A stretch of DNA of 64,000 nucleotides from Candidatus Binatia bacterium (GCA_035295465.1 DATGIZ010000042.1:91614-155613), one strand, 5' to 3'. Numbered from the stretch's first letter, positions 46,120 through 61,429 are shown. Numbers and translations: made by a program. The notes: generated by a model from the letters alone, not told the origin.

Positions 46120-46148
46120 TTGACGCCGGCCGGGGGCGGCCCCTATAA

Positions 46149-48655
<2,507 letters not shown>

Positions 48656-48656
<1 letters not shown>

Positions 48657-49495
48657 TGGCGGCGGCACGCGCGGTCCGCGTGGGCCCCGTCCGCGTCGGC
48701 GGCGGGGCGCCGCTCGCGCTGATCGCCGGGCCCTGCGTGATCGAGTCGCGCGACGCGGCGCTGCGCCACGCCGAGCGCCTGGCCGCGCTCGCCGCCCGCG
48801 CCGGGCTCCCGCTCGTCTACAAGTCGTCCTTCGACAAGGCCAACCGCACCGCGCTCGACGCGTTCCGCGGGGTCGGCCTCGACGCGGGGCTCGCGATCCT
48901 CGCCGAGGTGCGGCGCGAGCACGGGCTGCCCGTGCTCACCGACGTCCACGAGCGCGAGCAGATCGCGGCCGTGGCCGCGGTCGTCGACGTGCTCCAGACC
49001 CCGGCCTTTCTCTGCCGGCAGACCGACTTCATCCGGGCGGTCGCGGCGGCGGGCAAGCCGGTGAACTTGAAGAAGGGGCAGTTCCTCTCGCCGTGGGAGA
49101 TGGCGCGCGTGGTGGAGAAGGCCCGCTCGACGGGCAACCCCGACGTGCTCGTGACCGAGCGCGGGTTCATGCTCGGCTACAACAACCTGGTCGCGGACAT
49201 GCGCGCGCTGCCCGTGCTCGCCGAGACCGGCTGCCCGGTAGTGTTCGACGCGACGCACAGCGTGCAGCGCCCCGGTGGGCTCGGCAGCGCGTCGGGCGGC
49301 GACCGGGTCTTCGTGGCGCCGCTTGCCCGCGCGGCGGTCGCCGCCGGGGTCGACGCGGTCTTCCTCGAGGTGCACGAGGACCCCGCGCACGCGCCCTCCG
49401 ACGGCCCCACGAGCGTGCCGCTCGACGCGCTGCCGGCGCTGCTCGCGCAGCTCGTCGCCGTCGACCGCGCGGTGCGCGGGCGGGGCGCGCCGTGA
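48656..49495 (+). CDS. kdsA: 2-dehydro-3-deoxyphosphooctonate aldolase (Kdo8P synthase).
   Basis: Motifs: …[10 protein letters not shown]…[12 protein letters not shown]…VFDATHSVQ… The GTG start overlaps the last base of the pyrG stop. Confidence 0.9.
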
Positions 49496-50487
49496 GCGCC
49501 GAGCGCCTCGGCCGCGCGCGGCGCGTCCTCGAGCTCGAGGCGCGCGGCCTCGCGGCGCTGCGCGATCGGCTCGACGAGCGCTTCGCGCGCGCGATCGACG
49601 TGCTGGTCGCGTGCCGCGGCAAGGTGATCCTCACCGGCGTCGGCAAGTCGGGCATCGTCTGCCGCAAGATCGCCGCCACCTTCGCCTCGACCGGGACGCC
49701 GGCCTTCTTCCTGCACGCCGGCGAGGGCAGCCACGGCGACCTCGGCAGCCTCGAGCGGGGCGACGTGCTGGTCGCGGTCTCGTACACCGGTGAGAGCGAA
49801 GAGGTGCTGCGCCTGCTGCCGGTCGCACGCCGCCTCGGCATCCCGCTGATCGCGCTCTGCGGCGCGCCGGACTCGACGCTCGCCCGCAACGCCGACGTCG
49901 CGCTCGACGTGAGCGTGCCCGAGGAGGCCTGCCCGCTCGGGCTCGCGCCCACCGCGAGCACGACGGCCACCATGGCCATGGGCGACGCGCTCGCGGTGGC
50001 GCTCTTCGAGGAGCGCGGCTTTTCGGCCGAGGACTTCGCGCTCCTCCACCCCGCCGGCGCGCTCGGCCGGCGGCTGCGCCGCGTCGAGGACCTGATGCAC
50101 CGGGGCGACGCCGTGCCGCTCGTGCCGGCGGACGCGTCGCTCAAGGACACGCTCGTCGAGATGACGTCGAAGCGCCTCGGCGTCACCGGGGTGGTGGACG
50201 CGGCCGGCGAGCTGATCGGCGTCGTCACCGACGGCGACCTGCGCCGCGGCCTCGAGCACGCGGGCGACGTCCGGACGCTCACGGCGCGCGACTTGATGAC
50301 GCGCTTCCGCCGCGCGGATCGCAGCGGGGAGCCGCCCAAGACGATCGCGGCCGGGGCGCTCGCGGCCGAGGCGGTGGCGGTGATGGAACGCCACAAGATC
50401 ACCTCGCTCTTCATTCTCGCCGACGGGACACGGCGCCCGCTGGGGGTCATCCACCTCCACGACCTCCTGCGAGCGGGCATCGTCTGA
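49492..50487 (+). CDS. kdsD: Arabinose-5-phosphate isomerase (SIS plus tandem CBS domains).
   Basis: Motifs: …[33 protein letters not shown]…; two CBS domains are present. It has a GTGA overlap with kdsA. Confidence 0.9.
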   Translation: MSAERLGRARRVLELEARGLAALRDRLDERFARAIDVLVACRGKVILTGVGKSGIVCRKIAATFASTGTPAFFLHAGEGSHGDLGSLERGDVLVAVSYTGESEEVLRLLPVARRLGIPLIALCGAPDSTLARNADVALDVSVPEEACPLGLAPTASTTATMAMGDALAVALFEERGFSAEDFALLHPAGALGRRLRRVEDLMHRGDAVPLVPADASLKDTLVEMTSKRLGVTGVVDAAGELIGVVTDGDLRRGLEHAGDVRTLTARDLMTRFRRADRSGEPPKTIAAGALAAEAVAVMERHKITSLFILADGTRRPLGVIHLHDLLRAGIV

Positions 50488-50492
50488 CGCTC

Positions 50493-51482
50493 GTGGCCCC
50501 GGCTCCGCCCAGGCGGCGTACCCTCTGGCGCCGGCTGCGCCGGGCGACGCGCGGTCCGCGCAACGCGGCGCTCGCGCGCGCCATCTACGGGAGCGCGCGC
50601 GCTCTCGGCGCGCTGCCGATCCCGCTGGCGCTCGGCGTGGGGCGCGCGCTCGGTGCCGGCGCCCACGCGCTCCTCGCCCGCGACCGGCGCCTCGCGCTCG
50701 CCCACGTCGCGGCGGCGTTCCCGGAGCTGGCGCCGCCGGCGCGCGACGCGCTCGTGCGGGAGACCTTCCGCCACGCCGGGCAGTCGTTCGCCGAGCTGGC
50801 GCTCTGGCCCCGGCTCGTCCACCGGCCAGGCTGGATCGACGTGACGGGACGGGAAGCGGCCGACGCGGCGCTGGCCGGGGGCCGTGGCGCCATCGCGGTC
50901 ACGGGCCACGTCGGCAACTGGGAGCTGCTCGCCGCCACGATGGCGCAGTGCTACCCGCTCACGGTGGTCGCCCGGCGGGTGAACGACGCCCGCTTCGACG
51001 CCCTGATCGTGCGCTTCCGCCGGGCGGCGGGCGTCGAGATTTTGGTGCGCGACGACACGCGCTTTTTCGCGGGGGTGCGCGACGCGCTCGGTCGCAACCG
51101 CATCGTGGCGCTGCTGATCGACCAGGACACGCGCGGGGCCGGCGTGTGGGTGCCCTTCTTCGGGCGGCCCGCACGCACCCCGGCCGGCGCGGCCGTGCTC
51201 GCGCTGCGCCTGCGCGCGCCGCTGCTCACGGCGTTCATCGAGCGGCGGGACGACGGCCGCCACCTCGTCCGCATCGCGTCGGTCGCGGCGCCCGCCGACG
51301 GCGGGCGCGGGCGGATCGGGGCGCTCACCGTCGCGCTCACCGCGGCGATCGAGGCGCAGATCCGCCGTGCGCCGGCGCAGTGGGTCTGGTGGCACGAGCG
51401 CTGGCGCCGGCAGCCGGGCGAGGCCGATTCACCTTTACTCCCGCCGGGGTGCGTGGTACCTGTGTCGGCGGCCAGGGAATAG
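50493..51482 (+). CDS. Lipid A biosynthesis late acyltransferase (LpxL/HtrB family).
   Basis: The family NX4H-like motif is in ITGHVGNWELL. Its position after kdsD and before lptC also fits. Confidence 0.7.
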   Translation: MAPAPPRRRTLWRRLRRATRGPRNAALARAIYGSARALGALPIPLALGVGRALGAGAHALLARDRRLALAHVAAAFPELAPPARDALVRETFRHAGQSFAELALWPRLVHRPGWIDVTGREAADAALAGGRGAIAVTGHVGNWELLAATMAQCYPLTVVARRVNDARFDALIVRFRRAAGVEILVRDDTRFFAGVRDALGRNRIVALLIDQDTRGAGVWVPFFGRPARTPAGAAVLALRLRAPLLTAFIERRDDGRHLVRIASVAAPADGGRGRIGALTVALTAAIEAQIRRAPAQWVWWHERWRRQPGEADSPLLPPGCVVPVSAARE

Positions 51483-51484
51483 CC

Positions 51485-52075
51485 ATGCGCAGGACACGGG
51501 TGCGCGCCGCGTTGCTGGTCGTGGTGGCCACCGCCCTCGCCGGCATCGGGTACGAGGTCTCCCGCAGCGTCGCGGCCCGGCACGCGCGCACGCCGCTCGA
51601 CCTCGGCGCCGACTTCCTACCGGAGGCCGCGCAGCACATCCAGACCTTCAAGCGGATCAAGGTCGAACGCGGGCGAACGGTGTGGGAGATCACGGCGGAC
51701 GATGCGCGCTACTTCGAGAAGCAGGACGGGATCGTCGTGCGCGAGCCGCGCGTCACGCTCTTCCTCGAGAGCGGGCGTCAGGTGCACATCCGAGGCACCG
51801 AGGGCCAGCTCGGGCTCGAAGGCGGCCACGACCTGCGTACGTTCATGCTGCGGGGTGAGGTGGTCGTGCAGCTCGACGACCTCGAGCTGCACACCGACCA
51901 GGCGACCTACACCCGCGCGAACGATCTCATCACCGCCCCGGGCGCGGTCACGATCCATGGCAAGACCCTCGACGTGTGGGGCACGGGCATGGAGGTGGAG
52001 GTGACGCCGCAGAAGATCCGCCTCCTGCGCGACGTGAAGACCCGGGTGCGAGGGGCCGATGCTGCCACGTCGTGA
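51485..52075 (+). CDS. lptC: LPS export system protein LptC.
   Basis: It has an N-terminal TM anchor and a periplasmic beta-jellyroll-like region, and sits immediately upstream of lptA-lptB. Confidence 0.6.
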   Translation: MRRTRVRAALLVVVATALAGIGYEVSRSVAARHARTPLDLGADFLPEAAQHIQTFKRIKVERGRTVWEITADDARYFEKQDGIVVREPRVTLFLESGRQVHIRGTEGQLGLEGGHDLRTFMLRGEVVVQLDDLELHTDQATYTRANDLITAPGAVTIHGKTLDVWGTGMEVEVTPQKIRLLRDVKTRVRGADAATS

Positions 52076-52754
52076 GCTGCTGGCCGTGCTCCTGTCGCTG
52101 AGCGTGCTCGCCGCCCGCGCGGACGCGGCGCCCGCGAACGACGCGGCGACGGCGCCGGGCAGCCCGGGCCTCTTCGACCTGGGCGGCGTCGGCCACTCGA
52201 AGGAGCCGATCACGGTCACCTCCGACCGGCTCGACTACGACTACAAGGCGAACGTGGTCGTGTATCGGGGCAACGTCGAAGCGGTGCAGGGGCAGGCGAC
52301 GCTCAAGAGCGACACGCTGACGGTCACGTTCGAGAACGACAAGACGAACGACAAGCCGGCCGCGGGCGCGGTCGCCGACCCGCCGCCGGCGTCCGCCAAG
52401 AAAGCGCCCAGCGCGGACCCCGGCGACAAGGGGACGAGCCGGGTGAAGGAGATCGTGGCGGTCGGCAGCGTGCGCATCGACCAGGGCACGCGTTGGGCGA
52501 CCGGCGGCCACGCGGTCTTCGACCAGGGCACGCGCACCGTCGTGCTCACGGAGAACCCGGTGCTTCACGACGGGCCGAACGAGGTCGCAGGCGATAAGGT
52601 CATCGTCTACCTCGACGAGAACCGCAGCGTGGTCGAGGGCGGACGCAAGCGCGTGAAGGCGGTGATCCACCCGGGCACCAACGCGACGAACACCGCGGCG
52701 AGCGCGGCCGGCGGCACGGCGGCGGCCCCGGCGGCGGAGGTCGCGCACCCGTGA
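52059..52754 (+). CDS. lptA: LPS transport periplasmic protein LptA (OstA-N domain).
   Basis: It has a signal peptide, the OstA-like pattern ([23 protein letters not shown]…TLKSDTLTV…) and an Ala-rich tail. Confidence 0.7.
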   Translation: MLPRRELLAVLLSLSVLAARADAAPANDAATAPGSPGLFDLGGVGHSKEPITVTSDRLDYDYKANVVVYRGNVEAVQGQATLKSDTLTVTFENDKTNDKPAAGAVADPPPASAKKAPSADPGDKGTSRVKEIVAVGSVRIDQGTRWATGGHAVFDQGTRTVVLTENPVLHDGPNEVAGDKVIVYLDENRSVVEGGRKRVKAVIHPGTNATNTAASAAGGTAAAPAAEVAHP

Positions 52755-53506
52755 ACGCCAACGGGCAGGGCAACGGGCGCGATCGCGCGATCCTCCGCGG
52801 CGAGCACCTCACCAAGCGTTACGGCGGGCGGTGCGTGGTGAACGACGTCTCGGTCGAGGTGCGGGCCGGGGAGGTGGTCGGGCTGCTCGGCCCGAACGGC
52901 GCGGGGAAGACGACGACGTTCTACATGATCGTCGGGCTCGCGCGCCCCGACTCCGGGCACGTCTTCCTCGACGGCGCGGACATCACGACGCTGCCGATGT
53001 ACGAGCGCGCACGCCGCGGGGTCGGCTACCTGCCGCAGGAGCCGTCGGTGTTCCGCAAGCTCAGCGTCGAGGAGAACCTGCTCGCGATCCTCGAGACGCT
53101 CGACTTGACGGCGGCCGAGCGCCGCCAGCGGCTGGCGGCGCTGCTCAGCGAGCTCGGCATCACGCGGGTGGCGAAGAGCAAGGCGTTTTCCTTGTCCGGT
53201 GGCGAGCGGCGGCGGGTCGAGATCAGCCGTGCGCTGGTGATCTCGCCGTCGTTCATCCTGCTCGACGAGCCCTTCGCGGGCATCGATCCGATCGCCGTGG
53301 TTGACATTCAGGGCATTGTGACTCAGTTAAAAGAACGCGGTATCGGAGTTCTCATCACGGACCACAACGTGCGCGAAACGCTCGGGATCTGCGATCGGGC
53401 GTACATCCTGAACGAGGGCACCGTGCTCGAGGAGGGTGTCCCCTCCCACATCGCCGCGAGCCGCCAGGCGCGGGAGATCTACCTCGGTGAGAAGTTCCGC
53501 CTGTGA
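52751..53506 (+). CDS. lptB: LPS export ABC transporter ATP-binding protein LptB.
   Basis: It has Walker A (GPNGAGKTT), the ABC signature (LSGGERRRV) and Walker B ([11 protein letters not shown]). Confidence 0.9.
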   Translation: MNANGQGNGRDRAILRGEHLTKRYGGRCVVNDVSVEVRAGEVVGLLGPNGAGKTTTFYMIVGLARPDSGHVFLDGADITTLPMYERARRGVGYLPQEPSVFRKLSVEENLLAILETLDLTAAERRQRLAALLSELGITRVAKSKAFSLSGGERRRVEISRALVISPSFILLDEPFAGIDPIAVVDIQGIVTQLKERGIGVLITDHNVRETLGICDRAYILNEGTVLEEGVPSHIAASRQAREIYLGEKFRL

Positions 53507-53524
53507 GCGGGCGAGTCTGAGCTG

Positions 53525-54991
53525 ATGGCCGCCGAGACCCGCATCGTCCTCCAGCAACGGCTGTCGCAGCAGCTCGTGATGACGCCGCAGCTCCGGCAGG
53601 CGATCAAGATCCTGCAGGTGTCGCGCGCGGAGCTCGAGACGCTCATCGACCAGGAGCTGGCGGAGAACCCGGTTCTCGAGGAGAACGCCGACGAGAAGGC
53701 CGAGGCGGAAGCCGAGGTCCCCACCGTCGACGGCAACGGCACCGAGGAGTACCAGACCGCCGCCGACGGCGAGCACGAGGCGCAGAGCGTCGGCGAGATC
53801 GACTGGAAGGAGTTCGCCGAGAACTACGCGAACGACATGCACGGCGGTACGGGCGGCAGCGCCCCCGACGACGACGACGAGCGGCGCCCCGCGCTCGAGA
53901 ACATCCTCGTCAAGCGCACGCTGCTTCCCGAGCACCTCATGTGGCAGCTCCGGCTCACCGACCTCTCCGCCGAGGAGCGCGAGCTGGGCGCGCTCATCAT
54001 CGGCAGCCTCGACCCCGACGGGTACCTCACGCTCTCGCTCGAGGAGATCGCCTTCCTCGCCAACACCTGGCCGGACATCGCCGCCGTCGAGCGCGTGCTG
54101 CGCCGGATCCAGGAGTTCGACCCGCCCGGGGTCGCGGCGCGCGACCTCGCGGAGTGCCTGCTCACGCAGCTGCGCCAGCTCGGGCTCGATGCGGATTCGT
54201 TGCCTGCGCGCATCGTCCGCGACCATCTCGCGATGCTCGAGAGCCGCCGCTTCGATCGTCTAGCGCGCGATCTCGGCGTCGCGATGGAGCAGATCGCCGA
54301 GGCCACGAAGATCATCTCGGTGCTCGAGCCCAAGCCCGGCCGCGACTTCGGCGACGGCGAGACCCGCTACGTGACGCCCGACGTCTACGTGCACAAGGTC
54401 GGCGACGAGTACGTGGTCACGCTCAACGAGGAAGGGCTGCCGCGGTTGCGCGTGTCGCAGTTCTACCGCCGCATGCTCGGCGGTGAGGGGTCGGCCGAGG
54501 CCCGGGGCTACATCCAGGAGAAGATGCGGGCCGCCGCCTGGCTCATCAAGTCGATCCATCAGCGCCAGCGCACGCTCTACATGGTCACCTCGAGCATCGT
54601 GAAGTTCCAGCAGGAGTTCCTCGACAAGGGCGTGGCGCAGCTCCGGCCGCTGGTGCTCAAGGACGTCGCCAACGACATCGGGATGCACGAGTCGACCGTG
54701 AGCCGCGCGACGGCGGGCAAGTACGTCCATACCCCCCAGGGCACGTTCGAGCTCAAGTACTTCTTCACCTCGAGCCTCCGTAGCGGGCACGGCGAGGAGG
54801 TTTCGGCAGAGAGCGTGAAGGAGAAGATCCGCACGATCATCGCCAAGGAGGACCCGAAGAAGCCGCTGAGCGACCAGTACATCGCCGAGATGCTGGCCAA
54901 GGAGCAGATCGACATCGCGCGGCGCACGGTCGCGAAGTACCGCGAGCTGATGGGGATACTCCCGTCCTCGAAGCGCCGCCAGGTGTGCTGA
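53525..54991 (+). CDS. rpoN: RNA polymerase sigma-54 factor.
   Basis: It has an N-terminal Gln/Leu-rich activator-interacting region, an acidic linker, and the C-terminal RpoN box ARRTVAKYRE. Confidence 0.95.
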   Translation: MAAETRIVLQQRLSQQLVMTPQLRQAIKILQVSRAELETLIDQELAENPVLEENADEKAEAEAEVPTVDGNGTEEYQTAADGEHEAQSVGEIDWKEFAENYANDMHGGTGGSAPDDDDERRPALENILVKRTLLPEHLMWQLRLTDLSAEERELGALIIGSLDPDGYLTLSLEEIAFLANTWPDIAAVERVLRRIQEFDPPGVAARDLAECLLTQLRQLGLDADSLPARIVRDHLAMLESRRFDRLARDLGVAMEQIAEATKIISVLEPKPGRDFGDGETRYVTPDVYVHKVGDEYVVTLNEEGLPRLRVSQFYRRMLGGEGSAEARGYIQEKMRAAAWLIKSIHQRQRTLYMVTSSIVKFQQEFLDKGVAQLRPLVLKDVANDIGMHESTVSRATAGKYVHTPQGTFELKYFFTSSLRSGHGEEVSAESVKEKIRTIIAKEDPKKPLSDQYIAEMLAKEQIDIARRTVAKYRELMGILPSSKRRQVC

Positions 54992-55019
54992 CGCATCCCT
55001 CGGCGGAGGGGAGGGGGCG

Positions 55020-55571
55020 ATGCAGATCAGCGTCACGTTCCGGCACGTCGACCCCACGCCGGCGCTCCGCGCCTACGCCGAAGAGAAGCTCGAACGGGTG
55101 AAGAAGTACCTTCGCCGGCCGGTCGACGCCCACGTCATCCTCGGCGTCACCAAGGAGCGGCACACGGCGGAGATCACCCTCCAGGCGGACCACGTGACGA
55201 TGTTCGCCAAGGAGGAGACGCACGACCTCTATTCGGCGATCGACCTCGCCGTGGACAAGCTCGAGCATCAGGCGCAGAAGCTCAAGGCGAGGCGGCGCGA
55301 TCACAAGGACCAGGCGAGCGTGCGCTCGGGCGAGCTGCCGACGGTCACCACGACCGTGCTCTCGGTCGCCCGCGGTGCGCCGACGGTCGTTCGCACGCAA
55401 CGCCTGCCGGCGCGGCCGATGCTCGTCGAGGAGGCGCTCGACGAGCTGGCCGCGTCCCGCGAGGAGTGCGTGGTGTTCGTCAACGCGCGGAGCCAAACGC
55501 TCGCGGTCCTCTATCGGCGCAAGGACGGCGACTACGGGTTGATCGAGCCGGAGGGCTTCAGCGGACCATGA
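55020..55571 (+). CDS. hpf: Ribosome hibernation-promoting factor (long HPF).
   Basis: The sequence MQISVTFRHVD… is HPF/YfiA-like and carries a C-terminal extension. Confidence 0.85.
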   Translation: MQISVTFRHVDPTPALRAYAEEKLERVKKYLRRPVDAHVILGVTKERHTAEITLQADHVTMFAKEETHDLYSAIDLAVDKLEHQAQKLKARRRDHKDQASVRSGELPTVTTTVLSVARGAPTVVRTQRLPARPMLVEEALDELAASREECVVFVNARSQTLAVLYRRKDGDYGLIEPEGFSGP

Positions 55572-56029
55572 AGATCGGCGACATGCTCACGGAAGACCTG
55601 GTGAGCGCCGCGCTGGCGGGCCGGACGAAGAGCGACGTGATCGAGGAGCTGGCGGCCCTCGTGGTGCGCCGCCATCCGGAGATCGACCAGGCGCGCCTGG
55701 TGCAGGCGCTCGAGGACCGGGAGCGGCTCAACTCGACGGCGCTCGGCGAGGGGGTCGCGATCCCGCACGGCAAGCTGCCGATGGTCGGGCAGGTGGTGGC
55801 CGCCTTCGGCCGCAGCGTGGCCGGCGTGGACTTCCAGTCGCTCGACGGCAAGCCGACGCACCTCTTCTTCCTGCTGGTGGCGCCCGAGGGGTCCGCGGGC
55901 GCGCACCTGAAGGCCCTCGCACGCATCTCGCGCCTGCTGAAGGACGAGGGCTTCCGGCGTCGCCTGATGGAGGCCGCGGACGCGCACGAGCTCTACACCA
56001 TCATCCGCGACGAGGACGCGCGCTATTGA
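55568..56029 (+). CDS. ptsN: PTS IIA-Ntr (PtsN).
   Basis: It has the EIIA-fructose-type fold with an active-site His (…GVAIPHGK…). It has an ATGA overlap with hpf. Confidence 0.85.
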   Translation: MKIGDMLTEDLVSAALAGRTKSDVIEELAALVVRRHPEIDQARLVQALEDRERLNSTALGEGVAIPHGKLPMVGQVVAAFGRSVAGVDFQSLDGKPTHLFFLLVAPEGSAGAHLKALARISRLLKDEGFRRRLMEAADAHELYTIIRDEDARY

Positions 56030-56982
56030 CGGTGACGGTGCGCGCGCTGCTCGAGGCGGCCGGGCCGGTGCTCGGGCTCCGGCTCGTGGCGGGCGGGCGC
56101 GGCCTCGAGCGGTCGATCGCGCAGCCGCGGCTGCAGCAGCCCGGCCTCGCGCTGGCGGGCTTCCTGCCGCAGCTCCACCCGGACCGCATCCAGGTCCTCG
56201 GCAACAGCGAGGTCGCCTACCTGGGGACGCTGCGACGTGCCGAGGCGCGGGCGGCGGTGGAGCGCGTCGCACGTGCGGGTGTGGCGTGCTTCGTCGTGAC
56301 CAACGGCGCGCGCGTGCCGGCGTTCGTGCGCGCCACGGGGGACGCGGCGCGGGTGGCGGTGCTGGCGTCGCGGCTGCGCACCGCGGACTTCATCCGCCTC
56401 GCCGCCGCGTGGCTCGAGGAGCGGCTCGCGCCCGAGACGTCGCTCCACGCCAACCTCGTCGAGGTCGAGGGGGTCGGCGTCCTCATCCGCGGCGCCAGCG
56501 GCATCGGCAAGAGCGAGGCCGCGCTCGACCTGCTCGCGCGCGGCCAGCGGCTCGTCGCCGACGACGTCGTCCTCGTCCGCCGCATCTCGCCCACCGAGCT
56601 GCGCGGCCGTGCCGCCGCGTTGCTGCGGCACCACATGGAGATCCGCGGCCTCGGGGTGATCGACGTCGAGACGCTCTTCGGCACGCTCGCCACGCTCGAC
56701 GAGCGCCGGATCGACCTGGTGGTCGAGCTGGTGGAGTGGTCGGAGGGCGTCGATCGCCTCGGGCTGGTCGAGGAACGGATGACGTTGCTCGACACGACGC
56801 TCCCGCTCGTGCGCCTCCCGGTCCGGCCGGGCCGCAGCACCGCGCTGCTCATCGAGACCGCGGCCCGCAACCACCTGCTGCGGGCCCGCGGGCTTCACAG
56901 CGCGCGGGAGTTCGTGCTCCGCGTGGACCGGGCGGCGGCCGGAAGCGGGCGCCGGCGCCGCGCGAGCTGGCGGAGCGCATGA
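56026..56982 (+). CDS. hprK: HPr kinase/phosphorylase.
   Basis: It has a P-loop (GASGIGKSEAALDL). The start is uncertain: TTG at 56026, or GTG at 56032 or 56038. Confidence 0.85.
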   Translation: MTVTVRALLEAAGPVLGLRLVAGGRGLERSIAQPRLQQPGLALAGFLPQLHPDRIQVLGNSEVAYLGTLRRAEARAAVERVARAGVACFVVTNGARVPAFVRATGDAARVAVLASRLRTADFIRLAAAWLEERLAPETSLHANLVEVEGVGVLIRGASGIGKSEAALDLLARGQRLVADDVVLVRRISPTELRGRAAALLRHHMEIRGLGVIDVETLFGTLATLDERRIDLVVELVEWSEGVDRLGLVEERMTLLDTTLPLVRLPVRPGRSTALLIETAARNHLLRARGLHSAREFVLRVDRAAAGSGRRRRASWRSA

Positions 56983-57842
56983 GGCGCCCGCTGCACGTGC
57001 TCGTGGTCACGGGGATGTCGGGCTCGGGCAAGAGCACCGCGCTGCACGTGCTCGAGGACCTCGGCTTCTACTGCATCGACAATCTGCCGGTGGCGCTGGT
57101 GCCGCGCTTCCTCGAGCTGTGGGAGAGCTCGCGCGAGGAGGTCCGGCGCGTCGCGTTGGGCATCGACGTGCGCGCGGGGCGGTTCCTGCTCGACTTCCCC
57201 CGCGTGTTCGCCGAGCTGCGCGCGGCGGGCGCCGTCGTCGAGGTCCTCTACCTCGAGGCCAACGACGACGTGCTCGTGCGCCGCTTCAGCGAGACCCGGC
57301 GCCCGCACCCCGCCGCCGAGGGCGGCTCGGTCGCCGACGGCATCCGCCGCGAGCGCGACGCGCTGCTCGCCCTGCGCGAGGTCGCCGATCGCATCCTCGA
57401 CACGAGCGCCTTCACCACCCACGAGTTGCGCGCGGCGTTGCGCGACCTCGTCGAGCGTCCCGACGCGGGCACGATGACGGTGGCTCTGGTCTCCTTCGGC
57501 TACAAGCACGGCCTGCCGAGCGACGCCGACCTCGTGATCGACTGCCGGTTCCTCCCCAACCCCTTCTTCGTCGAGGAGCTGCGGCACCGTACCGGGCTCG
57601 ACACGAGCGTCGCAGACTGGGTGCTGCGGCGCGACGACACGCAGGAGTTCCTCGACCGCGTCGACGCCCTGCTGCTGTTCACGCTGCCGCGCTACCAGCG
57701 CGAGGGGAAGAGCTACCTCACGATCGCGTTCGGCTGCACGGGGGGGCGCCATCGCTCGGTGGTGCTGGTCGAGGAGCTGCGCCGCCGGCTCGAGGAGGCC
57801 GGGCAGCACGTCCTCGTGCGCCATCGCGACGTCGAGCGCTAG
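56979..57842 (+). CDS. rapZ: RNase adapter protein RapZ (YhbJ).
   Basis: It has Walker A (VVTGMSGSGKSTAL) and the C-terminal pattern …GCTGGRHRSV… It has an ATGA overlap with hprK. Confidence 0.85.
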   Translation: MRRPLHVLVVTGMSGSGKSTALHVLEDLGFYCIDNLPVALVPRFLELWESSREEVRRVALGIDVRAGRFLLDFPRVFAELRAAGAVVEVLYLEANDDVLVRRFSETRRPHPAAEGGSVADGIRRERDALLALREVADRILDTSAFTTHELRAALRDLVERPDAGTMTVALVSFGYKHGLPSDADLVIDCRFLPNPFFVEELRHRTGLDTSVADWVLRRDDTQEFLDRVDALLLFTLPRYQREGKSYLTIAFGCTGGRHRSVVLVEELRRRLEEAGQHVLVRHRDVER

Positions 57843-57906
57843 CGCGGCCGCGCGCGCCGCCGCGGCTTGCTCGCCCCCCCGTGGGGAAGGTAGGGTTTTC
57901 GCCGGG

Positions 57907-58326
57907 ATGGTCGGGATCGTCGTCGTCGGCCACGGCCGTCTGGGCGCGGAGATGGTCCAGGCGCTCGAGAGCGTGCTCGGCCCGGTCGAGGCGATGGAGG
58001 CCGTCGTCACGCTCGCGGGCGAGCCACCGGAGGACATCGCGGCGCGCATCCGCGCGGCGATCGCGCGCGTCGAGAGCGGCTCGGGCGTGCTCATCCTCAC
58101 CGACATGCTGGGCGACACGGCCACCAACCAGAGCGTGGCGGTGGCCCGGCAGTCGCCGGGTCGTGTGGAGGTGGTCGCCGGCGTCAACATGCCGATCCTG
58201 ATGAAGCTCGCCACCGCCCGCGACGACATGGACGCGCGGGCGCTGGCCGGCTTCCTCAAGCGCTACGGCCAGGAGCACATCTGCTGGGCGACCGAGCCGC
58301 CACGGCCGGCGGCGCCCCAGACCTGA
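57907..58326 (+). CDS. PTS EIIA component, mannose/fructose family.
   Basis: The sequence MVGIVVVGHGRLGAEMVQALESVLG… has the active-site His10. Confidence 0.75.
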   Translation: MVGIVVVGHGRLGAEMVQALESVLGPVEAMEAVVTLAGEPPEDIAARIRAAIARVESGSGVLILTDMLGDTATNQSVAVARQSPGRVEVVAGVNMPILMKLATARDDMDARALAGFLKRYGQEHICWATEPPRPAAPQT

Positions 58327-58334
58327 GGCCGGCC

Positions 58335-58622
58335 ATGGGCGTCGAGCGGCGTGAGCGGCGCGCCACCCTTGTCATCCGCAACCGCCTGGGGCTGCACGCG
58401 CGGGCGGCGGCGCTCCTGGTGCAGACCGCGAATCGCTTCGAGGCCGAGATCACGGTCAGCAAGGACGGGCAGACCGTGAACGGTCGCAGCATCATGGGGA
58501 TCATGATGCTCGCCGCGGAGCAGGGCAGCGCCATCGAGGTCGTGAGCAGCGGGCCACAGGCCGAGGAGGCGCTGAGCGCGATCCGCGCGCTGGTGGAAGC
58601 CCGCTTCGAGGAGCCCGAATAG
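58335..58622 (+). CDS. ptsH: Phosphocarrier protein HPr.
   Basis: It has His15 (…[12 protein letters not shown]…) and the seryl-phosphorylation-region G(R)S motif, [11 protein letters not shown]. Confidence 0.85.
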   Translation: MGVERRERRATLVIRNRLGLHARAAALLVQTANRFEAEITVSKDGQTVNGRSIMGIMMLAAEQGSAIEVVSSGPQAEEALSAIRALVEARFEEPE

Positions 58623-58719
58623 CGCGCGGACGCTGTGCGGCGCGCGGCTTGCCGGGGCCGACGCCATTCGGCTATACGAATCGGTCGCCCTGCCCGCCCG
58701 GCGAGGAGGTCCACCCCCC

Positions 58720-59904
58720 ATGCTCAAGGACTACGTCTTCACGTCAGAATCCGTGAACGAGGGACACCCCGACAAGGTCTGCGACCAGATCTCGGACGCG
58801 GTGCTCGACGCGCTGCTCGCGCAGGATCCCGACAGTCGGGTGGCGTGCGAGTCGTTGATCAAGACCGGCCTGGTCGTGATCGCCGGCGAGATCACCAGCC
58901 AGACCAAGGTCGACTTCGGCGAGATCGCGCGGCAGGTGCTCCGGGACATCGGCTACACCACGGCGGAGAGCGGCTTCAACTGCGAGAGCTGCACGGTCGT
59001 GACCGCCATCGAGCGGCAATCGCCCGACATCTCGCAGGGCGTCACCGAGGGCCAGGGGTTGTTCAAGGAGCAGGGCGCCGGCGACCAGGGGATGATGTTC
59101 GGCTACGCGTGCGACGAGACCCGCGAGTACATGCCGTTCGCGATCTACACCGCGCACCGCATCGGCCAGCGCCTCGCCGAGGCGCGGCGGTCGGGCGCGC
59201 TGCCCTTCCTCCTCCCCGACGGGAAGTGCCAGGTGTCGGTCGAGTACCGTGATGGCCGCGCGGTGCGCGCGCGGACGGTCGTCGTCTCGTCGCAGCACAA
59301 GGCGGACGTGAGCCACGCGACGCTGCGCGAGGCGATCGTCGAGGAGGTGGTGAAGCGGGTCGTGCCGCCGGAGTTCCTCGACAAGGACACCGTCTACTAC
59401 ATCAACCCCACGGGGAAGTTCGTCGTCGGCGGCCCGCAGGGTGACTGCGGGCTCACCGGGCGCAAGATCATCGTCGACACCTACGGCGGCTACGGGCGCC
59501 ACGGCGGCGGGGCCTTCAGCGGCAAGGACCCGAGCAAGGTCGACCGCAGCGCCGCCTACATGGCGCGCTACGTCGCCAAGAACGTGGTCGCCGCCGAGCT
59601 CGCGGCGCGCTGCGAGGTGCAGGTGGCCTACGCGATCGGCGTCGCCGACCCCGTGTCGGTCCTGGTCGACACGTTCGGGACGGGAGCGATCCCCGACGAG
59701 CGGATCGGCGCGCTGGTGCGCGAGCTGTTCGATCTCAAGCCCGCGTCGATCATCCGCACGCTCGGCCTCAAGCGCCCGATCTACCAGCGCACGGCCTCTT
59801 ACGGGCACTTCGGCCGCGTCCCCGACGGCCCGTACTTCACCTGGGAGCGCACCGACCGGGTCGACGACCTGCGCGCGGCCGCCGGCCTCGGGCGCCGCGG
59901 CTGA
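58720..59904 (+). CDS. metK: S-adenosylmethionine synthase.
   Basis: Motifs: …[21 protein letters not shown]…, …[12 protein letters not shown]… and …[28 protein letters not shown]… A GAGGAGG ribosome-binding site is present. Confidence 0.95.
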   Translation: MLKDYVFTSESVNEGHPDKVCDQISDAVLDALLAQDPDSRVACESLIKTGLVVIAGEITSQTKVDFGEIARQVLRDIGYTTAESGFNCESCTVVTAIERQSPDISQGVTEGQGLFKEQGAGDQGMMFGYACDETREYMPFAIYTAHRIGQRLAEARRSGALPFLLPDGKCQVSVEYRDGRAVRARTVVVSSQHKADVSHATLREAIVEEVVKRVVPPEFLDKDTVYYINPTGKFVVGGPQGDCGLTGRKIIVDTYGGYGRHGGGAFSGKDPSKVDRSAAYMARYVAKNVVAAELAARCEVQVAYAIGVADPVSVLVDTFGTGAIPDERIGALVRELFDLKPASIIRTLGLKRPIYQRTASYGHFGRVPDGPYFTWERTDRVDDLRAAAGLGRRG

Positions 59905-59939
59905 CCCGGGGGCACCCGGATCGAGGGATGGAGGGACCA

Positions 59940-61420
<1,481 letters not shown>

Positions 61421-61429
61421 GGCGCCCGC

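Noticed and set aside
43350-46148. A 932-aa plus ORF across the second ACAD pair and the thioredoxin gene.
   Set aside because: It is a shadow ORF opposite genes that are clearly recognisable on the minus strand.
58623-58719. The 97-nt leader upstream of metK-ahcY, considered as a SAM or SAH riboswitch.
   Set aside because: It is too short for SAM-I and I could not recognise the SAM-II or SAH conserved cores. Only a GC palindrome (a likely ptsH terminator) and a strong ribosome-binding site are evident. It would need a covariance-model scan (Rfam SAM/SAH models) to settle.
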